A stretch of 64,000 nt of DNA from Candidatus Acidiferrales bacterium (GTDB lineage Bacteria > Patescibacteriota > Microgenomatia > Levybacterales > UBA12049): positions 14,146-78,145 of the forward strand of contig DATLSZ010000020.1 in assembly GCA_035533875.1 (NCBI GenBank), read 5' to 3'. The notes under the pieces were generated by a model. The model had not been told where the DNA came from. It was given only the letters and a program-made list of their open reading frames with translations, and searched no databases. Position 1 is the stretch's first letter. Each line of letters starts with the position of its first letter. Position numbers and translations under genes: made by a program. Below, piece after piece: positions 1 to 8,737 of the stretch.

Positions 1-3000
1 ATTTTTTCACGTCCTCATAATCTTGTTTGGCGACGGTTTGTGCTTGATTAGCATCAGGCAGTGAAGGAAGCTGAGACGTATCGCCAACTGTGCTGGTGGC
101 TGCATTAAGAATTCGCCCTGCTGACGTGTTACCTTTTTGGCTTTCCTCGACAAGTTTTTGCTTGAGTGCTTCTATTTTCCCGTGATCAGGGTCACCGGTG
201 AAACTCGCAGGATTAGCGATTTTCTCAAGTTCTTTATGCAATTCTTGCACTCTTTGTGATTCGACTTTATCTTTTGTTAGATGTCTCGTTTCATACAATG
301 CAATATCCTTCAATTTCGGCAGCGTAAGATTTGCCGCTTGTAACATATCATTTGATGACTGAGTTGTCGAAGTAGATACTGTATGTGTTGCCACTGCTGC
401 CGGAGCTGCCGATGCCAATGCTGATGCACTGAGGCTTGATTCCTCCTCTTCAGGAATACTTGAGCTGCTTGGCTCATCGACTGTCGCTGCCATTGTCTGC
501 TGGGCCACTGCATGCTGTGTCTTGACGCCAATGGAGACTTTCTCTTCTTCTTCTGTTGCAAGCTGCTGGCTGACTTCTTTTGCCGCTGACTGTTTTGCTT
601 TCAGATAATTAACAATTTCAGTCTGTGAGAATCCACCGACCAAAAGGAACGGTAGCAGATTGGAAACCTGATCCATACCTTGCTGTACTTTATTCTGATC
701 AGGTGATGAGAGTAACGCGATTGTCTCATCAATGCCCGTAATATCGTCTTTAATCCAATCCGCACGTGTCCCGGCCATTCCCTGCGGAACTTCCAGGTTC
801 TGATAATTCTGCTTCCACATGTCTTTGACAGCTTGATAGTCTTCCTGCTTTACATTTTGCATACGGTTAACCATCGGCAGGGATGTCTCATTTGTTTCTT
901 TTGCGGCTGAAGTTACCTCGGTAGCGATCGGCTCACCTGTCTCTTTTGCTTGCTGAATACGCTCCTGCAGTGCTTCAATTTCACTTGCAGAAGTCTTCTC
1001 ATTGACTGACAAAATTGAAGCTGCAAGCGAGTTACCCTCTTTGCTTGCTTTTTCAAGGGTTCCACGGAGTTTTGTTATGTGTTCTTGGTCACTGCTCGTG
1101 GTAACAGAATTTACATTCGCGATTTGTTTGATCATTGTTTGGACTTGATCAGATGACTTAGCCGACTGCGAGATAGCAGAGGTCACTGCTTTACTTACCT
1201 GATTATTGGAGGACTGCATCAGTTGACTTTTGATTTTTTCAACCTCTTTATCACTCGTTTTATCATTTACCGAGAGGATTGAAGCGGCAAGTTGATTCTT
1301 ATTTTGCGAACTCTCTTTTTTCAGCATGCTATTCAGCTGACTCATCTTTTCTCTATTTGCTGTCGGTGCAGTCGCCGGATTAGATATTTGCTGTAGGGCA
1401 TTCTTTACTTTCTCACTGGAAAGGTTTGACATACTTCTTGAGGAAGCATGTGCCGCATTCAGAACTGAGCTTGCCGTATGATTCCCACGTTGACTTTGTT
1501 GAACAATTTTCTCACGGATTTCTTTGACCTGACTCCGCTCAATAGTGTTTGATACGACAATCGGATTTGCAATTCTCACCAGCTGCTCTGAAAATTTATT
1601 TACGTCTTTTAACTTTGAAATATCGTTGGATTGAAGCGCAACATCAAACCGTGCTATGTCTCTCATACTGGGGAGCTTGACGTTGGCAGCATTCAATACC
1701 GACGCGTTAACACTGGCATTGTTAATGGCAGCGTTGGGGATAAAGGCCGGTTTGCTGAATGTAGCATTAGATATCGTTGCATGTTCAGCTTTAATCTCTT
1801 TTGCAGCACCCGTAGGGCCAGGTTTGATATCAATAGGAACTGAAAATTTCTTTGCAAACGGTATGTTTACCGCAGCACCACCACTTGAAGGTTTGGGACC
1901 GGTACCGCCGCCGCCTTTATTTGTTGCTATATTGACCAAGGTCTTCATTACCGCTGTGTCACCCGGCGCGAAGTTCTGCGCATAATCAAGAAAAATCTGA
2001 AGCAATATCCATGGCAGCAAAATCACAATCCATAACATAATGAGCGAGACTACATATAATGCGAACGTGCCAACAAGATTGACACTATTTGCCGGTGATA
2101 CAATTTGCTGCGGACCACCTAACAAGATATTTACGGCAGTCGGATACTCAATTGGTGTATTTTTTATTGCAGCCGCATTTGGGAAAACTAATGGTATTTG
2201 ATTTCTCCACAAATACACCAAGCCGTTCAAAAAAATCGCAAAAAGTGGCGCGTAGAGAAGCCATCGGAAAAATTCCCCAATCCAAATCTTCCCTGTGTTG
2301 CGTACTGGATAATACAATAATAATATCGGAAATATCGGCGATACGATAATAAAGAACCATAGAATAATCTTTCGTACCAAGAGCAAAAAGACCATTACAA
2401 AGTAGGTAAGCGCGGTCAACTTTGTAAGCAGCAAGGACGTAAACGCGGATTCTGCATATTTATCACCAAGCAGCCGTAGTCCAACGAAATCTTTGTAGCT
2501 CCATCCTACATATAATAAATCTTTATCCGAGATACAGTTCGGCGGACATACTTTGCCGATATTTGACCTGAGGAAGAATCCCTGGATCAAATCGGTGAAT
2601 TGATAAAAGAATTGTAATAAGGAATATGAAAAAACGATCAATAACACAACCGCAATAAATCGGGGAATAAACCGCATAATCGTCAAACTCTTTCCCCGGG
2701 TTACGATAATGACGATTGAGGTAGCGAGGATAACGATAAATAACATCGGTACGACGATAAAAAGGACTATGGAGGACCAATACTTTGCGATCGGATTACC
2801 GCTGTTGTCGCATTGTTTGGAATTGGGATCTTGCTTTACACAAGCCCAACTATAATTCTGCAACGTCCAGTTAAGAAAGTCACCCGAGCGTCTGGCATTT
2901 TTACCGATAAAGGTTACTTCAGGATCAATAACCCAGCGTGAATCTGTCTGAGCCTGTTGGTTTTGCAGCTGTGCAAAGGTAATTGCTGGGGAAACGAGCG

Positions 3001-3049
3001 TAATAAATAAAAAAGCAAAACTTATAAGAATGGGCAGAAATTTTTTCAT
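1..3049 (-). CDS. Large polytopic membrane protein whose C-terminal part lies beyond the window edge (>1016 aa). It may be a VirB6/TrbL-like component with a repeat-rich C-terminal tail.
   Basis: Absent from the ORF track because it runs off the window. My reverse-complement read from the ATG at 3049..3047 stays open to position 1. The N-terminus MKKFLPILISFAFLFITLVSPAITFA is a signal peptide. It is followed by several hydrophobic helices, a Gly-rich linker (KGGGGTGPKPSSGG), and then roughly 75-aa repeats (IANP..., LAASILSVN[DE]KTS...). It lies directly downstream of the pilin-like gene. The functional family is uncertain. Confidence 0.7.
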   Translation of the reverse strand, partial: MKKFLPILISFAFLFITLVSPAITFAQLQNQQAQTDSRWVIDPEVTFIGKNARRSGDFLNWTLQNYSWACVKQDPNSKQCDNSGNPIAKYWSSIVLFIVVPMLFIVILATSIVIIVTRGKSLTIMRFIPRFIAVVLLIVFSYSLLQFFYQFTDLIQGFFLRSNIGKVCPPNCISDKDLLYVGWSYKDFVGLRLLGDKYAESAFTSLLLTKLTALTYFVMVFLLLVRKIILWFFIIVSPIFPILLLYYPVRNTGKIWIGEFFRWLLYAPLFAIFLNGLVYLWRNQIPLVFPNAAAIKNTPIEYPTAVNILLGGPQQIVSPANSVNLVGTFALYVVSLIMLWIVILLPWILLQIFLDYAQNFAPGDTAVMKTLVNIATNKGGGGTGPKPSSGGAAVNIPFAKKFSVPIDIKPGPTGAAKEIKAEHATISNATFSKPAFIPNAAINNASVNASVLNAANVKLPSMRDIARFDVALQSNDISKLKDVNKFSEQLVRIANPIVVSNTIERSQVKEIREKIVQQSQRGNHTASSVLNAAHASSRSMSNLSSEKVKNALQQISNPATAPTANREKMSQLNSMLKKESSQNKNQLAASILSVNDKTSDKEVEKIKSQLMQSSNNQVSKAVTSAISQSAKSSDQVQTMIKQIANVNSVTTSSDQEHITKLRGTLEKASKEGNSLAASILSVNEKTSASEIEALQERIQQAKETGEPIATEVTSAAKETNETSLPMVNRMQNVKQEDYQAVKDMWKQNYQNLEVPQGMAGTRADWIKDDITGIDETIALLSSPDQNKVQQGMDQVSNLLPFLLVGGFSQTEIVNYLKAKQSAAKEVSQQLATEEEEKVSIGVKTQHAVAQQTMAATVDEPSSSSIPEEEESSLSASALASAAPAAVATHTVSTSTTQSSNDMLQAANLTLPKLKDIALYETRHLTKDKVESQRVQELHKELEKIANPASFTGDPDHGKIEALKQKLVEESQKGNTSAGRILNAATSTVGDTSQLPSLPDANQAQTVAKQDYEDVKK

Positions 3050-3063
3050 ATATTTTTAACTTA

Positions 3064-3360
3064 CTAAGAAAATCCAGGAACATGCAAAATATCAACCAAT
3101 ACGGTCTGGATAAAGACATAACCGAAAATCGCGAGTAATAATCCCGCAATCGCATAATAAATATAACTTTTGCCGATATTTACTCTATGGGGATCGCCTC
3201 GAGAAGTCATAATAGAGTATCCGCCCCAAATAAGTGCCAAAAGCGCAACTCCGGCGACGAATCCCAAACCGATTCCATAAAATTTCTGAACAAATCCAAT
3301 AGGATCGTTGGGAAGACAGCCAAAATCAGTCGCAATCTCATTTGCAGCACAAAATGCCAT
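3064..3360 (-). CDS. Small two-helix membrane protein, T4SS pilin-like (VirB2/TrbC-type)
   Basis: 98 aa. FGCLPNDPIGFVQKFYGIGLGFVAGVALLALIWGGYSIMTSRGDP...AIFGYVFIQTVLVDILHV aligns position by position with the C-terminal ~85 aa of the 8738..9715 and 9846..11171 proteins. It has two hydrophobic helices with a short polar loop. Confidence 0.6.
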   Translation of the reverse strand: MAFCAANEIATDFGCLPNDPIGFVQKFYGIGLGFVAGVALLALIWGGYSIMTSRGDPHRVNIGKSYIYYAIAGLLLAIFGYVFIQTVLVDILHVPGFS

Positions 3361-3435
3361 ATATTAACGGTAACATAAGAGAATAGAGAAAAGCAATTGG
3401 TAATAGATCTTACTATGAAGACGATGAAGAAAAAC

Positions 3436-4356
3436 TTAGAACCAGCTGTGTCCTTTCTTTTCCGAGGAGGAATCGGCAGACTCTTCTTTCTGCAGTGCTT
3501 CAAGAAGTTCTTTCTGCTTATGCGACACGTGCTTGGGAACGGTTACCTTAACCTTCACATAGTGATCGCCTCTGCCGCCGCCGCGAACCCGTTTGACGCC
3601 TCGTCCTGAAAGCCGGATCAACGTATTGGGCTGTGTCCCTGCAGGAACTCGGATCGTCACTGGCCCGTCAATTGTCTCAACAGACAGTTCTTTTCCCAAA
3701 GCAGCATCAGGATACGATACCGACTCTTCGGTGACAATATCATACCCCTCCCTGCCGAATTTGCTGTCCGGCACGACATCAACGACAATATCGTAATTAT
3801 CAAACCTGATTCGGGATCCTCGGTCAACACCAGCAGGAATTTTTATTGTTTGTTTTTTTCCATCGATCGTGACTTCTTTTTCCGCTCCGTGAACCGCGTC
3901 CTTGAAACTTATTGTAATGGAATAAACAGCACGCCTCGACCGTGCGGCTCCGCCACCGAAGAATTGCTCAAAAATTTCAAAAGGATCGGAAAAGCCCCCG
4001 AAGTCAAACCCCTGTCCATTTCCGTTTGATGAATATGAATAAGTAAATGGCCCGTACTGTCCTCCTTGCTGCCCACCGAATCCTCCAAAAGGTCCGTCTG
4101 CGCCTCCGAAAGGCCCCTGACCGGCACCCTGTTCAAACGCCGCGTGACCGAATTGATCATAGCTCTTGCGCTTTTCTTCATTGGAGAGGACTTCATATGC
4201 CTTTGTTACTTCTTTAAACTTTTCTTCTGCCTCTTTCGTCTTATTGCGATCAGGATGATATTGCAAGGCAAGCTTGCGGTATGCTCGCTTTATCTCATCC
4301 GCTGTTGCGGACTTAGTTACTCCCAAAATGTCATAGTAATCGTTGCTATCTGCCAT
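3436..4356 (-). CDS. dnaJ: DnaJ-family co-chaperone with a J domain, a G/F-rich region and C-terminal substrate domains but no CxxCxGxG zinc finger (class II, CbpA-like)
   Basis: DYYDILGV...[14 protein letters not shown] domain with HPD, followed by a GGFGG-rich region. No Cys-rich zinc-finger repeat is present. It is the last gene of the hrcA-grpE-dnaK-dnaJ order. Confidence 0.9.
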   Translation of the reverse strand: MADSNDYYDILGVTKSATADEIKRAYRKLALQYHPDRNKTKEAEEKFKEVTKAYEVLSNEEKRKSYDQFGHAAFEQGAGQGPFGGADGPFGGFGGQQGGQYGPFTYSYSSNGNGQGFDFGGFSDPFEIFEQFFGGGAARSRRAVYSITISFKDAVHGAEKEVTIDGKKQTIKIPAGVDRGSRIRFDNYDIVVDVVPDSKFGREGYDIVTEESVSYPDAALGKELSVETIDGPVTIRVPAGTQPNTLIRLSGRGVKRVRGGGRGDHYVKVKVTVPKHVSHKQKELLEALQKEESADSSSEKKGHSWF

Positions 4357-4398
4357 AATTTATTCCTAAACTCACACTATTATACCCTAATACAAATA

Positions 4399-4423
4399 CT
4401 AAAAAAGCGCTCATCGCGCTTCA
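4399..4423 (-). terminator. Intrinsic terminator-like hairpin between dnaK and dnaJ
   Basis: The minus strand reads GAAGCGC-GATGA-GCGCTTTTTT: a 6-bp GC stem (4405..4410 / 4416..4421), a 5-nt loop and a T run. A TATAAT box (4384..4379, minus) and an AGGA follow it ahead of the dnaJ ATG. Confidence 0.5.
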
Positions 4424-4434
4424 AAAAGATTAAC

Positions 4435-4496
4435 GATTGAAGATTAAAGATTTAAGAATTTCTTAAATCCTAAATCTTACATCTTAAATCTAATTT
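4435..4496. repeat. Two opposed tandem heptamer arrays that form a long AT-rich hairpin
   Basis: GATTGAA GATTAAA GATTTAA GAATTTC, then CTTAAAT CCTAAAT CTTACAT CTTAAAT CTAATTT. The core GATTTAAGAA-T-TTCTTAAATC is a perfect 10-bp inverted repeat, and the arms extend to about 19 nt with 2 mismatches. Confidence 0.8.
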
Positions 4497-6417
4497 ATTC
4501 AACCACTTCACCTTCGACTGGTTTTTCGTCGTCTTTCTTATCCTTCTTTTCCTCATCAGAACCCTCTTCGGTTTTGCCTTCCTTCTCTTCACTTTCAATC
4601 TCCGGTTCTGATTGTGCCTGCTGTCCCTGCTGATAGGCAGCTTCTCCTATCTTTTGCAGTGAATCTGAAAGCTCTCTCGTCTTTGTTTCCAGGTCTTCTT
4701 TTGAACCGCTGTCCAGAATATCTTTCAGTGCCTTCATCTTCTCTTCAACGTCTGTCTTTATCTCGGATGATACTTTATCGCCAGCATCCTTCAATGATTT
4801 TTCTGCGGTAAACAGCAGTGCGTCTGCGTGATTGCGTGCTTCGATCTTTTCTTTCTTTTCCTCATCTTCTTTTGCATGAGCTTCTGCCTCTTTGGTCATC
4901 TTCTCGACTTCCTCTTTGGAGAGACCGGTTGATCCGGTGATCTTGATGCTCTGCTCTTTTCCGGATGCCTTATCTTTTGCCTTTACATTAAGAATTCCAT
5001 TGGCATCGATATCGAAAGTCACCTCAACTTGCGGTACGCCACGTGGCGCTGGGGGAATTCCGTCCAAGATGAAGCGGCCGAGTGATTTATTATCCGTCGC
5101 CATCGGACGCTCTCCCTGCAGGACATTAATTTCAACTTGGGTTTGATTGTCTGCTGCGGTTGAGAAAACTTGTGACTTACTGGTCGGGATCGTTGTGTTG
5201 CGGTTAATGAGTGGTGTTGAGACGCCGCCAAGAGTTTCCAATCCCAACGTTAAGGGTGTGACATCCAACAGCAAGACATCTTTTACTTCCCCGCCGAGAA
5301 CTCCTGCCTGTACGGCAGCACCGATTGCGACGACTTCATCAGGATTGACTGAGCGGTTGGGCTCTTTGCCGAAGAACTTGCTGACGACCTCAACGATCTT
5401 TGGCATGCGTGTCATACCGCCGACCAAGATGACTTCATCGATGTCTGATACTTTTTTCCCTGCATCTTTGAGCGCTTTCTCAACCGGCTTGAGTGAATTC
5501 TGGATCAACTCATCAACAATCTGCTCAAGCTTTGCCCGTGTCAGTGTCATCGTCAGATGGAGCGGCCCATCTTTTCCTTGGGTAATGAAAGGCTGATTGA
5601 TCTGCGCTTCCTGTGATGTGGAGAGTTCTATTTTTGCTTTCTCAGCCGATTCTTTCAGCCGCTGCAGCGCCTGTGGGTCTTTACGAAGATCCACATTATT
5701 TTCCTTTTTGAACTCATCGGCAATATAATCGATGATCTTTTTATCGAAATCATCCCCGCCAAGATGCGTGTCACCGTTGGTTGATTTTACTTCGTAAACT
5801 CCCTCACCGAGTTCGAGAATGGAAATGTCAAACGTCCCGCCGCCGAGATCATATACTGCGATGGTATGGGCGTTTTTCTTATCCAAACCATAAGCAAGTG
5901 CTGCCGCAGTCGGTTCATTAATGATTCGTAAAACTTCCAAACCGGCAATCTCTCCTGCTTGTTTGGTCGCTTGCCGTTCACTGTCGTCAAAATATGCCGG
6001 AACGGTGATAACAGCTTGCGTTACTTTGTCGCCGATGTATGATTCTGCATCTGATTTGATCTTCTGAAGAATCATCGCGCTGACTTCCTGTGGGGTGTAG
6101 GTCTTGCCGTCAACTTCAACAACTGCCATATCGTCACGACCTGCTTTAATAATATACGGCAACCATTTGATATCCTCCTGAACAGTCGGATCGTTGAATT
6201 TCTTCCCCATGAGCCGCTTGATAGAAAAGATTGTTTCTTTTGCTTTGAGTACCAATTGCCGTTTGGCGACATCACCGACGACATGTGTCTTCGGGTCAAC
6301 GACCGAGGGGATGGTGTTGCGTCCTTCGGCAGAATGGATCACTTTTGGTGCTCCACCTTCCATGACTGCAACACATGAATTTGTTGTACCTAGATCAATA
6401 CCAATTATTTTTCCCAT
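4495..6417 (-). CDS. dnaK: Molecular chaperone DnaK (Hsp70)
   Basis: 640 aa. [23 protein letters not shown] and [11 protein letters not shown] are Hsp70 signatures, and the tail is acidic. Confidence 0.97.
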   Translation of the reverse strand: MGKIIGIDLGTTNSCVAVMEGGAPKVIHSAEGRNTIPSVVDPKTHVVGDVAKRQLVLKAKETIFSIKRLMGKKFNDPTVQEDIKWLPYIIKAGRDDMAVVEVDGKTYTPQEVSAMILQKIKSDAESYIGDKVTQAVITVPAYFDDSERQATKQAGEIAGLEVLRIINEPTAAALAYGLDKKNAHTIAVYDLGGGTFDISILELGEGVYEVKSTNGDTHLGGDDFDKKIIDYIADEFKKENNVDLRKDPQALQRLKESAEKAKIELSTSQEAQINQPFITQGKDGPLHLTMTLTRAKLEQIVDELIQNSLKPVEKALKDAGKKVSDIDEVILVGGMTRMPKIVEVVSKFFGKEPNRSVNPDEVVAIGAAVQAGVLGGEVKDVLLLDVTPLTLGLETLGGVSTPLINRNTTIPTSKSQVFSTAADNQTQVEINVLQGERPMATDNKSLGRFILDGIPPAPRGVPQVEVTFDIDANGILNVKAKDKASGKEQSIKITGSTGLSKEEVEKMTKEAEAHAKEDEEKKEKIEARNHADALLFTAEKSLKDAGDKVSSEIKTDVEEKMKALKDILDSGSKEDLETKTRELSDSLQKIGEAAYQQGQQAQSEPEIESEEKEGKTEEGSDEEKKDKKDDEKPVEGEVVE

Positions 6418-6421
6418 AATT

Positions 6422-6937
6422 TTATTTTCCTTTGCCTACTTTCACTTGTGCTGCCCGTAATAATTTATCATATAATAAAAATCCAATACGCAGCTCTTCA
6501 AGAACGCTTCCGTCTTCTCCAACGTCAGTAGCTATTGCTTCCATCAGATTGGGATCAAATTTCTTCCCAACCGTCTCAATTTTTGTCACCCCTTCTGCTT
6601 TCAGTACATCGAGGAATTGCTGAATACTGACTTCTACGTTCTTGTCTTGGGTATGCTGATAGGCCAATATCAGTGTATCCAAAACAGTCAATATTCGCAA
6701 GAGCAATTCTTTATTTGCCGACCTTATCCACTCACTCTTCTCATCCTGCACTCTTTTTTGTAAATTCTGGTAATCTGCCAAAGCTCTCTTGTATTTATTC
6801 TCAGCTTCCTCAATCTGCGCTTTTACTTCCTCAAGTTCATCGATAACTTCTTCACCTTCAGTTTCTTCTAAATATTCCACTTCCATTGCGTCCGTCGCAA
6901 TGTCTTCGTTTTTCTTTTTATCGTTATCATTATTCAT
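6422..6937 (-). CDS. grpE: Nucleotide exchange factor GrpE
   Basis: 171 aa. A coiled-coil N-terminus ([14 protein letters not shown]) and a C-terminal beta domain, positioned between hrcA and dnaK. Confidence 0.9.
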   Translation of the reverse strand: MNNDNDKKKNEDIATDAMEVEYLEETEGEEVIDELEEVKAQIEEAENKYKRALADYQNLQKRVQDEKSEWIRSANKELLLRILTVLDTLILAYQHTQDKNVEVSIQQFLDVLKAEGVTKIETVGKKFDPNLMEAIATDVGEDGSVLEELRIGFLLYDKLLRAAQVKVGKGK

Positions 6938-6972
6938 CTTTAATCTTCAATCCTAAATCTTAAATCTCGCTT
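6938..6972. repeat. Tandem heptamer array that fills the hrcA-grpE spacer
   Basis: CTTTAAT CTTCAAT CCTAAAT CTTAAAT CTCGCTT. It runs from the base after the grpE start codon to the hrcA stop. Confidence 0.8.
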
Positions 6973-7703
6973 TACCACCCCTTCGCGCTTGTCTTAATCA
7001 GATCCGCGAAGTAGCGGACTGTCGGGATGATTGATGTATAGTGCAGTCTAGCCGGTCCGAGTACACCGATCCTGCCATGAACATTCATCGGCGTTGCATA
7101 TTCGGTATAAATAAACCCATACGGACCCTTCAAGCTACCGCCAAGCTCATCTTCAATCAGCACATGGATATCCTCATCATCATTCGTGTTGGCAAAGATA
7201 CTTTCAAAACTTCCATATTCATCAAGCGCCTCAAGAAGCGTCTTGGTTACATCTATATCAAAGAACTCCGGCATCTCAAGAATATTTGCATATCCTGAGC
7301 AATAAATATCACCTTCACTCGTTACTGCGACAGCAAGTGTGTTGGTTTTCTCTGCGAGCGATCTTGTCGTTTCTTTGAGAAACCGCTGCATCCGTTCACG
7401 GTAATCCCAAACTTTTTCTTTCAACGCGACTTCTTCTACCGTTGAGAGTTCCTTTTCTTTCATCAACTCCCGAACGTAAAATTTCATCCCAGCCGCAGTC
7501 GGGATACGTCCTGCCGATGAATGCGGTTTTTTCAGGTATCCGTATTCCGAAAGCTTGACCATCTCATTGCGGATCGTCGCCGGACTTGCACTGAGATTAT
7601 GCTTTTTTTCAATTGTCTCGGATCCAACCGGTTCGGCTGTATCGATATACTCTTCGATAACGCTTCGAAGAATCTCGACTTGCCGCTGCGTTAAATTATG
7701 CAT
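6972..7703 (-). CDS. hrcA: Heat-inducible transcription repressor HrcA (short form, 243 aa)
   Basis: N-terminal winged-helix region LTQRQVEILRSVIEEYIDTAEPVGSETI...ATIRNEM..L...GYL. It is the first gene of the heat-shock operon, and a CIRCE-like site lies upstream. Confidence 0.85.
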   Translation of the reverse strand: MHNLTQRQVEILRSVIEEYIDTAEPVGSETIEKKHNLSASPATIRNEMVKLSEYGYLKKPHSSAGRIPTAAGMKFYVRELMKEKELSTVEEVALKEKVWDYRERMQRFLKETTRSLAEKTNTLAVAVTSEGDIYCSGYANILEMPEFFDIDVTKTLLEALDEYGSFESIFANTNDDEDIHVLIEDELGGSLKGPYGFIYTEYATPMNVHGRIGVLGPARLHYTSIIPTVRYFADLIKTSAKGW

Positions 7704-7710
7704 AATGAGT

Positions 7711-7759
7711 TAGTGAATAGTGACTAGTAATTAGTGATTAGTAAAATCTAAACCTAAAA
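7711..7759. repeat. Tandem heptamer array (TAGTRAN family) in the hrcA 5' region
   Basis: TAGTGAA TAGTGAC TAGTAAT TAGTGAT TAGTAAA ATCTAAA CCTAAAA. Confidence 0.8.
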
Positions 7760-7804
7760 ACTGCCCCCTAAACGCTAATTTCGTAATCCGCTGAGCAAAT
7801 CGGA

Positions 7805-7841
7805 TTAGCAATAATATAGCACGAGTGCCAACTCTTGTCAA
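7805..7841 (-). promoter_or_regulatory. Putative hrcA promoter overlapped by a degenerate CIRCE operator
   Basis: Minus strand: TTGACA (7841..7836), 17 nt, TATATT (7818..7813). Plus strand: TTAGCAATA-N9-GAGTGCCAA (7805..7831), compared with the CIRCE consensus TTAGCACTC-N9-GAGTGCTAA (7/9 and 8/9 matches). Confidence 0.55.
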
Positions 7842-7930
7842 TAACACAAAGTATCTCATACTATTTTGTCTTATGATCTGTCGGACACATCTTGTGTTTG
7901 TTTTTTGTTTATTAAATAATTGGAAGTAAG

Positions 7931-8659
7931 ATGAGTATTGCAAATATATTGGGTATCGTAGCAGCTGGTGGCGGCGGCATCCTAATCTTTTTCGGTTACC
8001 AAAAAACAAATGAATCCAATACCCTATCCAAGTATGTTCCCACGGATGATATAAATAGTATACCGTTTGGTGTCCCCGTTGTGATAAACGGAACGGTAAC
8101 TGCAGATCAACCATTGACGTCTCCGGTAACACAAAAATCATGTGTTTATTATGAATATATTTTGGAACGGGAAGAAGAAAGTAAAGACAGCAAAGGAAAT
8201 TCTACATGGACATGGAGAAGAATCGGTTCTCCTGAAAAACAATCCATTCCCTTTTATCTGCAAGCTCAGACGAGTAAAATTTTGATAAAACCTGCCGGCT
8301 GCGAAGTAAATGGCATCTACCAGACGCAACAATTTCTGCAACCCGGCACGATACAAAACACTAATTCAACAGGGATGAAGATACTCTCTTCTATTATCAA
8401 AATAGCCAATGCTACAGGGGGTAATAGAGAACGGGTAACCGAATATATGATAGCAACAGGATCCACGCTCAATGCCTTTGGTATCCTTACCATGGAAGGG
8501 GAGCAGAAATTTATTCAAAAAACGAATGAATATCCTTTGGTATTATCTCCTTTATCAAAAGATCAGCTGGTCGGTGCGGAAAAGAAAACAGCATATATAC
8601 TCTACGCTTTAACGCTGGGGCTACTAATCATCGGCCTTTTCCTTTTTCTTCGAGGATAA
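7931..8659 (+). CDS. Membrane protein with N- and C-terminal TM helices, possibly GIDE-domain-like
   Basis: 242 aa. N-terminal TM ILGIVAAGGGGILIFFG and C-terminal TM AYILYALTLGLLIIGLFLFL. The stretch PLTSPVTQKSCVYYEYILEREEE resembles the bacterial GIDE family pattern. The assignment is weak. Confidence 0.45.
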   Translation: MSIANILGIVAAGGGGILIFFGYQKTNESNTLSKYVPTDDINSIPFGVPVVINGTVTADQPLTSPVTQKSCVYYEYILEREEESKDSKGNSTWTWRRIGSPEKQSIPFYLQAQTSKILIKPAGCEVNGIYQTQQFLQPGTIQNTNSTGMKILSSIIKIANATGGNRERVTEYMIATGSTLNAFGILTMEGEQKFIQKTNEYPLVLSPLSKDQLVGAEKKTAYILYALTLGLLIIGLFLFLRG

Positions 8660-8737
8660 CCTCGCTACTTGATCAGATAATTAAGGAAATTTCGTAGACA
8701 TCTTGTATTTGTTATTATTTTTTGCCATGCTGAAGAT

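Noticed and set aside
1-3049. An apparent 3-kb ORF-free region in the supplied track. I considered non-coding DNA or an alternative genetic code.
   Set aside because: Manual reverse-complement translation from the ATG at 3049 is open all the way to position 1. The track simply omits ORFs that lack a stop inside the window. All other genes read normally in the standard code.
4614-6460. Multiple 60-150-aa ORFs antisense to, or out of frame with, dnaK. Similar sets occur inside lysK, xfp, rny and the fumarase-family gene.
   Set aside because: They are fully nested in well-supported genes and have low-complexity or biased composition typical of shadow ORFs.
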